A DNA stretch of 62,304 nt from Octopus bimaculoides. Taxonomy: Eukaryota. Below are positions 37,616 to 51,785 of the stretch, in pieces. The position numbers and the translations under genes are program-made. Under the pieces are notes generated by a model that had not been told where the DNA came from, searched no databases, and worked only from the letters and a program-made list of their open reading frames with translations. The stretch lies in assembly GCF_001194135.2 (NCBI RefSeq), contig NC_068984.1:70931586-70993889 (forward strand), given 5' to 3'. Positions within the stretch are counted from its first letter, which is position 1; every line of letters starts with the position of its first letter.

Positions 37616-40189
37616 CTCTGCATGTGTGAGAGAGAATGAGAGACAAATACATAAACATCTTGTTGAGAGTGTTATAAAGATGAACTTAGAAATAAGTATT
37701 AATTCTGGTTATTTTGATAAGCTGATTTGGAAAGCATTGATACTTTCAAATTCATGAGATGGACAATATAATCATTGTTATAATGTATATATGTGCTCTT
37801 ATGGTTTTATCAAGGGATTTCTCTTTGCATTATACTTGGGTCAAAGTTTCCATTCTTGTTCAAACCAGCATGAAGAAAATTTGATCTACTCAGCAACACT
37901 AATCAATAGCATTGTAAAATATCATTTATGTGTCTTATTATATACAGATCTCTACATTGTATATGTTACATCAAATCATTTCCACCACATTTCAAATATA
38001 GATTAGTACAATTATTTGAACCTATTCTTTCTGTTGGTTTATTTTGCACAAATATTTAGGAAAATTAGAAAATCTTTGGCTTAATATCTGTTTTGGAAAA
38101 TTGTAAAGAAAACCAAAAACAACAAGAGAAATATCAATTTTTTTTGTCATATTTATTGTAATTTAAAAAGAAAAAGGAAAGAAAGGGGTGAGATGGTAGA
38201 AAGATTGCTGGAGATTTAGTTGCAATGAAATCTTGTAGAATATTAATTCATAATAATAGGAAGTCACACTTGATTTCCATATAGAAAATATTTTTAAAAA
38301 ATAAAAGATACAAATCAAAATATAGTAACCGCTATCAAACATTTTCTATGTTTGAACAATGGCATTAATATTGATTTTTTTACGTAGGCGTAAGGCAGAA
38401 AATTTACAGGGAAGGGAAACGAGATTAAAACATTTTTGTGCCTTTCTCATGAGTTATAGAGACAAAGTGAAGTCAAGATATTACTGAAGTGGCTATATTG
38501 TATTAACCCTATAGCACAGTAGTCTCTAAATGGTACACTTTGGGATACTAGTGTACCAAAAGTTCTAAGTAGGAATAGCATTAAAATAAGTTTATAATTA
38601 AAAAAATGTCAAAATATAAACATATTTAAATTCAAATGTTGATGACTATGTTTCCTTTATTGATTTAAAGAAGTGAGTATTTCATTATTCTGTACAGTTT
38701 AAATTATAATTATAGGTTATATATATTAGCACTATTGTTTTTAATAAATTTCTTTTCTATCTTATGCACAAAGTGTGACAAAATACTTTTATTGCACTAA
38801 AGCTGTACTTTTCATAATGGGCAATACGTACCTACTCCAGAATGTGTGGATGGATAATATTTTATATGGTTACTAGGGCGAAAATAAGTGGTAGTGTTGG
38901 ATAAGCACATCTTTTACAGTTTTGTTTTTATTCTTTGTTTATTTAAATTTCAACTTTTAAAGAAAGTTAATGTAATATCATGATAAACTACTTGTTAGTT
39001 GCAGTCACAACAATGACAAAAACATTAACAATGGCAACATCAGCAACATTAATGATAGACTTCAAGACTGTTACTGAATAAATAAACGAAAATATTTTTT
39101 TAAATATTTTATTTTTTTATTTTGTGTGTTAATCATCAGTGTGTAAATATTAATGGTTTCAATGTAGTTTTGATATTCCGTCTCATATCAATGATGTCTT
39201 ATGTGAAAGTAGTCTTTAAATGGAGATCAATCTGTCAGCAGCAAGGTTTTTGAGGTGTATTTAATTGTGCTGAACTGTAGCAAGGGGACATTGAAGAGCT
39301 AATCAAGGAAGATGGGCTGATAAATAAAGGGACTCTGAGAAATTTACAGCTAAAATGTACCATGAATAAAAAAATTGTTTGAAATGACTGTAAGAACATA
39401 AACAACTTCATCTTTATTTAGTAAATTTTGGAGTATAACTGAAGAGAACAATTTCATGCATTTATGTAAAGTAAATCAGCTGGGCAAAATCTATTTCTCT
39501 ACATGAATTCCTCAAGGTTGTAGTTGAATGTTTTTAGCTGACAAAACACCTGTTAGATTTATGGTACCCTTGCAATTTATGGAAGCCGCAAACATTCTGT
39601 GGAATATATTTACGTTCTTCTGTCTGAATAAAGTATGGATTGGATAATGCACTCTATGTATGATATTCTTGCAAAAAAAATGAGTTTGAATCCTTTTAAG
39701 CATGGATATACTTGGGTGAAACCAAACTTGGGCAAAACAGCCGCAGCATTTTACAGATACATGAACTGGGTCCTGGAAATTGTATCATGGTCATCAACAC
39801 AAACTATACTAGTCACAGTCTCAGACCTGCTAATCATTATTTTAGTTCTATGGAAAGCTGTAATTCTTGAATGCATTACAATTGGAGATTAATTCTGATT
39901 CTGATAAATGGTGGATTGTTTGGCAAGTGAAGAACAAAAAATTTACTCAATACAGTTAGATCTTCGTTATCCAAATAAGATTGAAGGGTATATTTATTGA
40001 TCATACTTAACATGATTGTATTCCAGAAATGATAAAAACAATGAAGTTGTAAACTTGCAACAGGTACATTGTTGGAATAAAGTGGTATAATGAACCAAGT
40101 CAAATGATTCTATTATGCCTTGAAACCCTTCTGCATATCAATGATATTTACACGTTAACATTATTTTAATACTATGATAAGGTGGTGTG

Positions 40190-40375
40190 CTGGAGGGATG
40201 CTTAATGGAATTTCATCTGTCTTCATCTTTTACATTCAAATTTTGTCATGGTCGACTTTGCTTTACATCTTTTGAGGTTGATGAAATAAGCACCAATTGA
40301 GCACTAGAGTTGATGTAACTGGCCAGCCCCTCCCCTAAAATCTTAGACTTTGTGCCTATATTAGAAAAGATTATG
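40190..40375 (+). mobile_element. tRNA-derived SINE, family A, degenerate
   Basis: Family head and core motifs. Confidence 0.55.
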
Positions 40376-41479
40376 TGCATATTATAATATTTGCCTAAGA
40401 AAAGAATATCAAAGAGATTTGTATGTTAAAATTAAAAGGATTCACTCATATGTCTGTAGATTTCTAGACCATTAATTTGACCTGATTTGGTCTCCTCACT
40501 GAAAAATAACTTGGACATTAAACTAAGTCAAAAATTCTTGTTCTGCTATAGACACCAATGAACAAATATTTACTGTTTTGTGGAAACCAACTCAAGTAGA
40601 AATACTGGGATAGTGATGCTTTGACATTCTGAATAATTAACTTTGAGATGTTTCTCCAACAAAATATATTGCAGTTATTGTTGTTGCACATTTGTTTATG
40701 CATTATGTCATACATGGTGATATGTTAATCCAAGGCTATTTCAAATGCAAACATTGATTTTAACTCTATTTAAAGTGATTGACTGAAATCAAACTAGTTG
40801 ACTGATTGACACATGGTGATATTTTTAATGATTATAAAGAGGATGATCTCATTGCATTAGTTTCAATAACACATATTTGATGAAGCGTTTTTACATGATC
40901 TTCAGTTGAGTTAACTTTTAATCATTGTAAACAAAAGACAGAATATTAGCATCAGTGTTATTCTTCAGGTGAGGTTACACAAAGCCTGGCTAATGAATAA
41001 ACATAAGACATTCTGATAGTAAAGTTCATTTGGACTTACTAAGTTTTGACTGTATATTGAAATTATGGATAAAGTGGAAGGTAGTGATTTTGTAGAAATA
41101 TTTGATTTAGTGGACTAAATAAATGCTTTACAGTGTTAAGTTACATGTTTCTTATTTCTGAGTTCCAATCATAGCAGAATTAATGTTGCTATTTAATCAC
41201 ACACATACACGTACATATACACATTAAAATTATTCAACCATACCTATATACAATAAATTCCTTCTTATCCCTGTACTCAAATAACTGGAACTTTCAAGCA
41301 ACCAGCACTCAGAAAACAATGAAGAAAAATTTGTTGTTAATTAGATTCAAAAGAATTTGAGCTAATCTGTCTTAATTACTTAAGTGTCATTGAAAGATAA
41401 TTGCTACTGTATCTAAAATGCCTCATTGCTTCTCAAATCACGATACACTATTTTATATTACTGCATTTAAAGTACCTGC

Positions 41480-42056
41480 ATTTAAAGTACCTGCATTTTA
41501 TTAGGTTGATAAAACTTATTCTTTACCTAAATTATATTTTTATTTCTTTCTATTTTCTCATTTCTACTATATTCAGAGCATTAATGATGGAGCTGATGTA
41601 TATATATATAATTTTAATTAGTTTTGTAAGGCGCTATGGTAATTTAAAAGTGATGATCCAGAAAATTCAGTGACCCAGCAACCCTCTAGTAAAAGATAGG
41701 AAGAAGCTTATTGTATTTTATGAAAACACACACACATGCACTAAATAAACAACACTTGTAGGAAATGTATAGTATAATTTAATCATGCATCTATATCATG
41801 TAAGTAACAGAATATTTTCAATCATACTAAGTTCAATAATCGAAGTCCTCATCAAAAGTGAATACAAATACAGATTATTTAAAGTACTAGCATTTTGTTA
41901 GGTTGATAAAACTTATTCTTTACCGAAATTATATCTTTATTTCTTCTTATTTCTCTCATTTTTATTATGTTCAGATCATTAGTGAAAGAACTGATGTATA
42001 TAGAGAGTTTTAATGAGTTTTGTAAGGTAATTAAGAAGTGATGATCAAATATCCAG
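41480..42056 (+). repeat. Local direct duplication of about 180 bp (41480-41661 and 41877-42056)
   Basis: Shared block ggttgataaaacttattctttacc.aaattatat and colinear flanks. Confidence 0.9.
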
Positions 42057-42225
42057 AACTAGCTAATTGGTTCCGACCTCTCACACCTATCCTACAATGT
42101 CATTCTAAAACTAAACAATCACATCCTTGAAATTTTGAAGTTGCAGGATGATGCAAGATTAATTCAAGACAATATGAACGAATAAACATTACGCTTGATA
42201 GAGTAATCTGAATGACTAAGGGCAA
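42050..42225 (+). mobile_element. piggyBac-type MITE fragment (right part)
   Basis: cctctcacacc.atcctacaatgtcattctaaaa is shared with 28342-28500. Ends gtaatctgaatgactaagggcaa. Confidence 0.5.
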
Positions 42226-42244
42226 TGCTATATTACTACTATAT

Positions 42245-42501
42245 AAGGTCAGTGAGCTGGTAGAATCATTAGCACACTGGGTGAAATGCTTAGCAGTATT
42301 TCATCTGCCATTACATTCTGAGTTCAAACTCCACCGAGGTCAACTTTGCCTTTCATCCTTTTGGAGTCGATTAAATAAGTACCAGTTATGCATTGGTGTT
42401 GATTAATCAACTTAATCCCTTTGTCTGTCCTTGTTTGTCCCCTCTGTGTTTANNNNNNNNNNCCCCGCCCCCCCCCCATCCTTCGTGGGCAATAAAGAAA
42501 T
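42245..42501 (+). mobile_element. tRNA-derived SINE, family A, near full length
   Basis: Head, core and tail present, with an 18-bp tandem duplication at the 3' end (42491-42526). Confidence 0.8.
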
Positions 42502-43479
42502 ATATAGTAATAAAGAAATATATAGTAATGTAGTGCTTGATATAGTGTCTGAAAATGTTGGTGTTGCCAAAGTTATTGAGTTGAAGTCTACCTATTAACT
42601 ACAGATTTAATATAATAAATGAGGGAGGAACTCAAGAGAAAATTTGAAACGGGGGAAAAAAAGTACAAGAAATATTCACTATATTTTAAATCTGATATTT
42701 TAAAACAAATGCTGATAGTATTTACTTACCACAGATTGAATTAACAAGGAAACCTAAATGAAGTCATTTATTCTGATGGAAATAACAACTACACTCTATA
42801 CAAGACAAGACATATTGTATAATGTAGACCTAGATAGTTTGTGTCTAAAAAACATGAATGTATTTGATCATTTGTTTAATGAAAGAGATGAGACCAGACC
42901 TTAACAACAAGTTATCATGGAAATAGATAAGGGGAATTATATAAATAGAAAAAGAGGAATTATAAAGGAACAAAAGAGGAACTAGAAAATTACTGTTTGC
43001 TTTGTAATCATATTGCTACAAGTTTGAGCCAGATTTTGTATCAGCTTAACTCTAAGTTGTTTAATACGTTGTAAGTGAAGTTAGACGAAAACTGCATGAG
43101 AGATAGATAAAATGTAAATGTTGTTGAGTGGTACACGATCTGTCATCTGGTTTAAAAACACCATCCTTTTAGTAGGGCCTACTCTAATGCAAGCATTTTG
43201 AACAGTTCTCTATTCTGGAACTATTCTATGAATAATTCTTTCCTTAACTTCTTCCTGTCCTGAAAATGCTTGTGGTTGTTTTTATCATGTTCTGACATTT
43301 AGCTTTGTTAACATTTTTTAATGACTTACTCAGAAGGTTTTCATTCTGAGGATATCAATAAAAAATGTAGCTAAATATCAAAACATAGTAAAAACAACAA
43401 AAAAACTTTTTCTGTTTATAAGTAAACAAAAACTACAAGCTAGAAGTTAAGTACATTGAAAAACATTATTTAAACAAGA

Positions 43480-44260
43480 AAAAAAATAACAGCAAAAAAT
43501 AAAATCAAAGTCAAACTCAAATGAGGGTTAAAGAAATAGCAGAAAGGGAAGTATCATTAAAGAATGGACAAAGATAAAATTCAGTCAATTTAAAAATACT
43601 TTAAAGATAAATATTACTTAAGGTAAATACAAAGTATCTGATTTTTAACTAAATAAGCACAATTCGAGCGAAAAAGATAAAACAATTACCGAAAAGAAAA
43701 CAAAACTACCACTATTCAATACCATTTATGCATCTATCAGAAAGAAATGGCTGCAATAAATGCAAACAAAAATAATCACATTATTCATAACTGCACATTC
43801 TTGAGAAAAACATGTCAGTAGCCATTTAGCTATTAACAAACTCTTTCACAAGAACGCTGAGAATAAGATATATATGCATAATATATCAAAATCACTATGT
43901 AACAATTAAATAGCTTCCAAGAAGAACAAAGCTAATTACTCAGATATCGTAATTAAAACATAAAGGAAAATGTATGCACTTTGTTGGACACTTGATTATT
44001 TCTGACAAAATTGCTGGAAACTGAGAAACTATCGAAGTATAAGAAGTTTAAAATGAAAATAGGGCAAATGTGAGATAAGAGAAAATTAGCATTGATAATA
44101 ATTGGTGCACTGGGGTAGATAGAAAAGAAAAATGAAAAGGAACAAAAACAGAAAACTCATACAAAAGCTTTAGATATAATATATAAAAATTCTTGTAAGG
44201 TACATTACACATTCCAAGCAAGACATTTTCAATAAAGAGCATAGTTTATACAATCATATG
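43480..44260 (+). mobile_element. Old R4/Dong-clade relic
   Basis: Reads ETEKLSKYKKFKMKIGQM*..LIIIGALG*IEKK, preceded by ANYSDIVIK. Many stops and frameshifts. Confidence 0.55.
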
Positions 44261-45478
44261 CAAATAGAATGAAATCTTTTTGAACATAAAAATAAAAACA
44301 TATCACAAAAAATAAAAGTAAGATTAACTAAAATGCAAATACCACTCTGTGCTGTTGTAAAGCAACCCAGCACATCTCAGTAGTACAAAGTTCATACAGG
44401 AGAGCAGTGAGAAGCTTATAGGAAACTACTGTAAGTGCATGATGGTGGTGATGACGATATTGCACACTAACTTATATCCCTTTTAACAGCTCTTTTCATT
44501 TACATTTTGGTATCTAAATACAGAAACACTAATAAGTGAGGTTAAAGAAGAAAAGAATACAAATGATGGAATAATACTTTGTATTTGCATAAATCAGCAA
44601 CAAAGGAAACAAAAGGAATAAGGAAGAAAGGAAAAGTTTGTGAAGATATAATTGTATTATTGTTGCTTCATAATTGCAATAACAGTGCATTTTGTGAAAA
44701 GTTTTTCCCTGTATTGTATTGCATATTTTGCACTAACAATTTGAATTCCAATATTCACGAAGGGAATGCGTTGTAAAAGCTAGATTAAGTGAAGTATAAA
44801 AGTTTAAGTGATCTTTGAAAATTCTTTCTTTCCCACAATGAAAATGTAAAACAAAAAGTTTGAAACAAAGGCTAAACTAACAAAGTCGCTAGTAAATAAA
44901 TATATGCGAGAGTGTAGATGCCACATTTCATTTAAAGTATTAGGAAAACAAAGAACATAGATAATGCAAACTTTGTTTAATTTTAGTAACAATACATAAT
45001 GAGCAGAAAACTAGACAGAGTGAAAAGATCCTATAAGAATGAAAACAGGATAATTTCTAATTTCTATAACCATTTACTCTATCATGAACTGAAAAATTCT
45101 TCATTGTAGTAATTCTTTTCCTTCCTTTCTTCCTTACTTCATATTTCTTCCATCTCTTCCTTTCTATATTGTGTCACCATATTGCCTCGAGTATTTATCC
45201 TACTCAGCTGTATTTTTGTTTCACTCTTCAATTTGTTTACATTTCTATCTGTTTACAAGTTTGCTTTATAATTCTTTGCTCTACTTCGTTTCACTTCACT
45301 TTGCTTCTCTTGCATATATGGAACACATGACAGGAATTCTACACTTATTTATGATGTATTTGTTTTATGACTTCATGCATATTAATATTAATATCTTAAG
45401 CAAACATTCATACAACTAACACACTAACAAAGAAGCAAGAAAACAACACCCACTACAACAACAACAAAAACAACAACA

Positions 45479-45480
45479 AT

Positions 45481-45516
<36 letters not shown>
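45479..45516. repeat. (TAC)n microsatellite next to (CAA)n
   Basis: Direct sequence read. Confidence 0.9.
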
Positions 45517-46260
45517 AAAAATACAAAAATACAACACTAAGATAAATCCAACCACAAAGTATTATAGGCAAAATATAAGATATTTTAACAACTGCAAGCA
45601 GATACATACACAGATATAAATAGTTTGAATATTATTTGAATAAATTGGTGGTGGAAACAACAGTAATTGTCGTTTTGTTTAGTTTTGTTTGCAGAAGCAT
45701 CATCCATTGTTATGAATCAGTTAAAATAGGAATAAATTTCAGGAGATTCTAAAAATCATCGAAATTTTGCTATCTACACAAAAGAGAAATCTTTAACCAC
45801 ATAGAAAGAGAAAAATATAAAACTACACACACACACACACGCACACACACACGAATACACATGCATACATACATATGCATATATATATGTGTGTGTGTGT
45901 GTGTGTGCGTGTGTGTGTGTCTGTATGCGTGTGAGTGTGTGATACATTTGAAATTCTTGTCATAGGTCTGATTAATAAATATATAAAGTATTACCGTGTA
46001 CTCTCATCAAAAATATTTCATTTTCAAATCGAGATGTGTTCAGGAAACGATGTTATTTGCATCTACTATGTGTGGATTTGTTTGAATTTTTGAATTTAAT
46101 TAAAATCTTACCCCATTAAACACTTGAGATTTAAATAATAGCCCCAGTAAAACAAAATTTGCAATATACTTTCTATTTTGTTCATGTTATATTCGACTAT
46201 AAGGGCATAGAATACATACGTATGTATGTATGTATGTATGTAGGTATGAATGGATGTGTG

Positions 46261-46304
<44 letters not shown>

Positions 46305-46437
46305 CATGAATGCATATATGTATGTATGTATGTATGTATGTATTGACTAGTCATTAAAATATTACTTTTTCAGTTTCTGGCTGAAGAAATATACCCATAA
46401 TCACTGAAACATAATATTACATCTTAGATTAAATTAA

Positions 46438-47692
46438 CCTTCTGTCTACCAGTGGGTCCAATTTCAGTTTTTTTAGTTGCTTTTTGCAACTGTTTATATT
46501 ATTTGATTCTGCTGATTTCTTGTGACTCTTATTTTTTTCTTGACTCTCTTTTATTTGTCAGTTGGAAAATGTTCCGGATGTTTATAGAAGCTAGAAAATT
46601 TCACTTTATACATTAATTACCATATAGGTCCATTGGACGCTCAAATTAAATTCAGACAATATTCTTGTCATTCTAAACAGAATAAAAGCAGTATCAAATA
46701 TTATTTTCCGAGATATTTATCAGATATAAAATAGATAAAATTGTATTCTTTTTATATGCTGAGTTTTAGATAAAATAGGAAAAATTATAAAAATACTCCT
46801 GTAAATTTGTATGGCATGGCATCACCTTCAATCTTCTAGGTTATAGGGTGATGCAATATCTGTATGTGATGATGTAATTCTTACAATATATTGCATCATC
46901 TTTCAGGAGAGTATAAATATGTGAGAGAGCAATATCTAACATTAGTCTGCTATCACGTTTCATGTAGGTCAGTTTTGCTTTCCAATAAGCCTAGACATGA
47001 AAACTTGAGTGAAGGCCAAATATCGAAAAGGTTATTGGAATTAGAAGAAGAATCGGAAGAAGATAGTAGTGATTCCTTCTATTGTTCTGAAAATGATTGT
47101 GAAAGTGATTGTGTGCTGGACAGTTCAGGTTCTGTGTAATCAGATCATGAAGATACTCAAAAACAATTATCTGCAAGCCACCCAATTATGAATGAGCAAT
47201 ATGTTTGCACCAAGAATGTGGACCATCTCATTTTGCTAAAAGGTCTTGTGATAGTATTGAAACATGTTTTACTATCTTTATGTACCAGAATCTTCTTGAA
47301 ATAATTCGTAAAAGGACAAATGTCGAAGGTCAGGTTGTTTACAAACATGAATGGAAGGAAATTGATCATTCTGAACTAAAGAAATTTATTGGACTGATTA
47401 TTCTTATAGGTGTTTATAAATCTAAGCATGAAAATGTCACACAGTTATGGAATCAAGAAGATGGCCGCCCAATATTCAATAAAATTATGAGCCAGGAAAG
47501 ATTGAAACAGATTTTACTAGTATTGCATTTTGATGATTCTAGTACAAGAAGAAAAAAGAGAAGTGACGATAAATTGGAGCCCATAAGAGAAGTATTTGAA
47601 ATGTGCAATCAGAATTTACAAGATAGATATGTTTCAAGTTCATGGACGCAGTTGGTAATTAGTGACATACATTTTCTCTGGTAGACCAAGGG
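46438..47692 (+). mobile_element. Internally deleted piggyBac element with TIRs and TTAA target duplication
   Basis: TTAA at 46434-46437 and 47693-47696. TIRs CCTTCTGTCTACCAG and CCCTTGGTCTACCAG (12/15 identical). Acidic N-terminus followed by WKEIDHSELKKFIGLIILIGVYKS..LW..IMSQERLKQIL..LHFDD..DKLEPIREVF. Confidence 0.92.
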
Positions 47693-47695
47693 TTA

Positions 47696-47730
<35 letters not shown>

Positions 47731-47993
47731 TGTGTGTGTCTGTTTCGTAGGATATATTTTAAATGTTTATATTTCATTCTGTTTTCTTCAAATACACGTT
47801 TTGTCAAAGTTCTTCAATTAACATAAAATTTTTTGAGCACTGTGAGTGATAAATGTTTCAATCTTTGAAGTATTGGAACGTTTGATGCAAAGTATCACTT
47901 ATGTACACATGTGTGTGTAAATGTCTCTACACACACACGTATATGTGTCACTGCATGTATGTGTGTATGTATGTGTGAGTGTGCATGTGTGTG

Positions 47994-48058
<65 letters not shown>

Positions 48059-49384
48059 AAAAAACGTCAGGCTCTGAAAATGAGTTTAGCATTTATTATC
48101 AGCTAATGGTGAACATATTTTGTCTCATATATGTTATTTCTGAAAATGTAATTTTCTTTTCACAATCAAATTTCATATGAAATGCATAAAATAGTCTTGG
48201 AAAATCAAAGATGAAGAAAGTTAGAAAACTACTTATGAAATAAAATTAATTTGCTCTCTTCATGTACCTGTCAAGTGATGATATCTGCTACAGAACACCG
48301 ATCATCTGTACAATAACATGTATTCAATTTCTCTGATATCTTAATGAAATATAATAAAAAAACTTGTTCAAATCCTGTACACTGGCTTATTGCCATATAA
48401 GTTTGTTATCTTTGTTGCAATGCTGGTGTTATAATATAGAACTTACTGACATTATTGTTGCTTCTACAATAATTGTCTGCTATTTTAGATGTCATGTAGT
48501 TAGAAAGTGTGAGTATAGGATTTGTCAGTGTCTTAATTTCAGACATTGGGTAAGGAAAACCAATTATTTTTCCAGACATGATTGAGATACCATCATAGAT
48601 ATTAAGAAGAATATTTTGTTTTAATCAAAATTTCTGCAATGACCTAATTTAAGGGGATATAATTCCAAAGTTACCATTAACATCGTTGAAAATGATAGAT
48701 TTATGTATTTTGGTAAGATATTAAAGGAGAAATAACAATTGGTTCAGTTATAATTTAGTCCTGAAATTTCAAAATTGCTGAAAGCTCTTTAAATAGGTGG
48801 TGAATGTTAGGTTTGGAATGTGTTCAGAAGCACTAAGAACATATCAAAGAATTACAAAAAAGAAGAAAAAAAATAGAAAGAAAAGTTCAGTGTTGTGTCC
48901 AAGAAATAATAATGAAATAATATAGCTTTGGTAATGATAAAAGATAAAAGGGTTTTGCGGTAATATCTAGTATAGTGGCAATGGCTTATGATAATAAGAG
49001 TAGACAAAAGTCAAAAAGCAAGAATTTAGCAAAAATTAGAACAGAAACAAGACATAAAGACTGAAGTAGATGAATGAAGCTGGAAACATTGGGCAATATA
49101 ATTCCAAATATAGAAATGCAAACCTATTAATAATAGTAAAAAAAATATTTATTGTCTGGTGTTTATTATGCATGAATACAGGACAGCAGCATATAAGAAA
49201 ATATGTATACGTATATTTATACACACATACATATTTATACACATTAGATTTATACATACATATTTATAAACATTAGATCCTCTTCTATTCCCACAGCGGG
49301 TTCTGTAAAACCCAAGGGTTCCCTGAAAGTTATAAAGGGGTTCCACATTTTTAGAAATAATGTTGAAGGATTCAACATTATTGG

Positions 49385-49745
49385 AACCACTGATCTAGCG
49401 ATTAACTAAATGTTTTTAGGCTTATCCAAGTTGTGCCTCTGTACGAATTTATACAGTTTGCTGCTGGTGTATGCTGTTGTTCACTGATAGTGCTGTTTGT
49501 GAAGTACGTTACTCACCATGTAAATAGACGAGTGTATGACATGTGTTAATTGTATGTGTAGATGAGGAAAATACAAAGGTCATATAGAAACCACCGATCT
49601 AGCGATTAATTGAATACTTTTAGGCTTACCAAAGTCATGCCTTTGTACAAATTCAGACTGACCAGTGTTCACCAATAGTGCTCTCTGGGAAATACATTTC
49701 TCACCATGTAAACAACAAGTGTATGACACATGTGTTTATTGTTCA
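49385..49745 (+). repeat. Diverged direct repeat with 204-bp period
   Basis: aaccac.gatctagcgattaa..taggctta.c.aagt..tgcct.tgtac.aatt starts at both 49385 and 49589. Confidence 0.85.
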
Positions 49746-50409
49746 TGAAAATGTATGAAGGCTTGTTGCATATCCTGAGCAAACATTTTAGTAATGGTGA
49801 TGTAGCACCCATCAACAGATGTGTAGTGTTCGCTATTAAATGGTGTTTTACTATTAGCATTGAGCATTCCATTATAAGCATCAAGCATTCCACCTAAATA
49901 GCAGGTTACAGTAAGGTAGCCACACAATTTTATAACAGTGTTATTTCTAAGTACATGATAATACAGTAACTTGACCCACAAATGTTGTCCAGTTATTCAT
50001 GAAATACTATGGTTGACTTTTATACGGGGTCTGTGGAAAAATTCCCAATTTCTTGGCCAAAAATAGGGGGTCGACTTTTACATGAGATCGACTATTACTG
50101 AAGTATATATATATATATTCAATGATGAAGCAGTAATTAAAGTTCAGAACTATCATAAGATCTGTCTTTTATTTTGTCTACAATAATAAAAACTTATGGC
50201 TTATGGACAGTTCATTTTTCCTATTTAGTGGTTGTCTACCCCTTATGCAGTCTGACCACCTCTTGTACCTACACCTTAGATCCATCATGGCGTCTGATGC
50301 GGCTTTCTAAACCAGACAATGTATTGAAAAGACACCCATATAGTTTGCATATCCAGTTTGGACCACCAAGAGCTGCAGATAAATTCTGATCTTCATGTGT
50401 GTGTGTGGT

Positions 50410-50487
<78 letters not shown>

Positions 50488-50624
50488 GATACTGCTGCTG
50501 CTGGCAGTTTCTTATAATTCCAAAAAGATGTTTCTGCAATTTCTTGCTGAATAACCTCCACAAATTATTTGCTTATATTGAACAGATGATTGCGTCGTAC
50601 ATTAGCTCACTCCCACTTATCAAA

Positions 50625-50765
50625 GCAAGATCACCTGTCAAGTATCGAAGCAGCATGAGATGAAGTGTTTTACTCAAGAACACAACACTCCATCTTGTCC
50701 AGGAACTGAAACCTTGATCTTGCATTCGTGAGTACAACAATCTAACTACTAGGCCATGTGCCTTC
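50625..50765 (-). mobile_element. tRNA-derived SINE head with CORE-like segment (family C)
   Basis: Related copies at 9945-10070 (-) and 32945-33085 (+) share ttcttgag.aa.acactt.atttcac.ttgct. Confidence 0.55.
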
Positions 50766-51394
50766 ACATATACATACATATAGATAGATTTACACTCGTA
50801 TACATATACATATACATACATGTATGTAGGTGTACATATATATATTTTCTTTTACAAGAGATTTCTAAGAAATAAATTTTAGATATAGAGAACACTTTCC
50901 TTTTATGATAATTTAGCATTTATTTACTGAGGCATAAAATTGCATTTGGTGAATAGTCTACTTCAAATATGAGAATATTTAAAGGCTAGACAGCATCAAG
51001 ATATGGATGAGCTGAAATGGTAATAACGACAAGAAAAGAAGAGAGTGTGATAAAAATAGTGACACAACTTCATTTTCTTGATCAAATTTTGATATTGGAT
51101 ATGTGTACAATGAAAAACCACAAGACTGTGGGAAAAACTTGTAATATTAGTAAATTGTAATTTTGATTTTTTACTTTGATTTTAATTTCAAATAGCACAC
51201 ACATACATGCACACACATATGCACACACATATGCACACATACAGAGGCACACACACATGCACATTTTGTATCTTCTTAGGACATAGCTTAATAAAGGTGG
51301 AGGAAAATAAAGAAAGGATTTTTCATAGAAGCTCAATTCAGAATCTCTCGAGTAAATGAATATGTTACTAAAATAAGTAGGTCTTATATACCAA

Positions 51395-51785
51395 AGTGCA
51401 CATGTTACTATCTAGTAAGAAGTTTACCTCCCAATCACATGGTCTTGTGTTTAGTCTCACTGACTGGCACCTTCAGCAATAGTCTTCTGCAATTATCTCA
51501 AACTGACCAAAGCCTTGTGAGTGGATTAGATTGATGGAAACTAAAGAAAGAAACTAATCGTGTGTGTGTGTGTGTGTGTGTTTGTGTGTGTGTTTGTCCC
51601 CCACTGATGCTTGCCAACCTGTATTGGTGCGTTTATGTCACTGTAACTTAGTGGTTCAGCAAAACAATCTAAAAAATTAAGTACCAGCCTTAAAAAAATT
51701 ACTGGGGTCAATTCATTGAACTAAGGTGTTAAGGTGATGCCACAGGATCAAAGCAAGTAGATGGAAATAAGAGTAAACTTTCTCA
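51395..51785 (+). mobile_element. tRNA-derived SINE, family B, degenerate
   Basis: Core accaaagccttgtgagtggatt, internal (GT)n, then gtttgtccccc...gtaacttagtggttcagcaaaa. Confidence 0.7.

Noticed and set aside
48580-48900. Possible fourth R4/Dong relic
   Set aside because: Only scattered residues match, with no intact motif.
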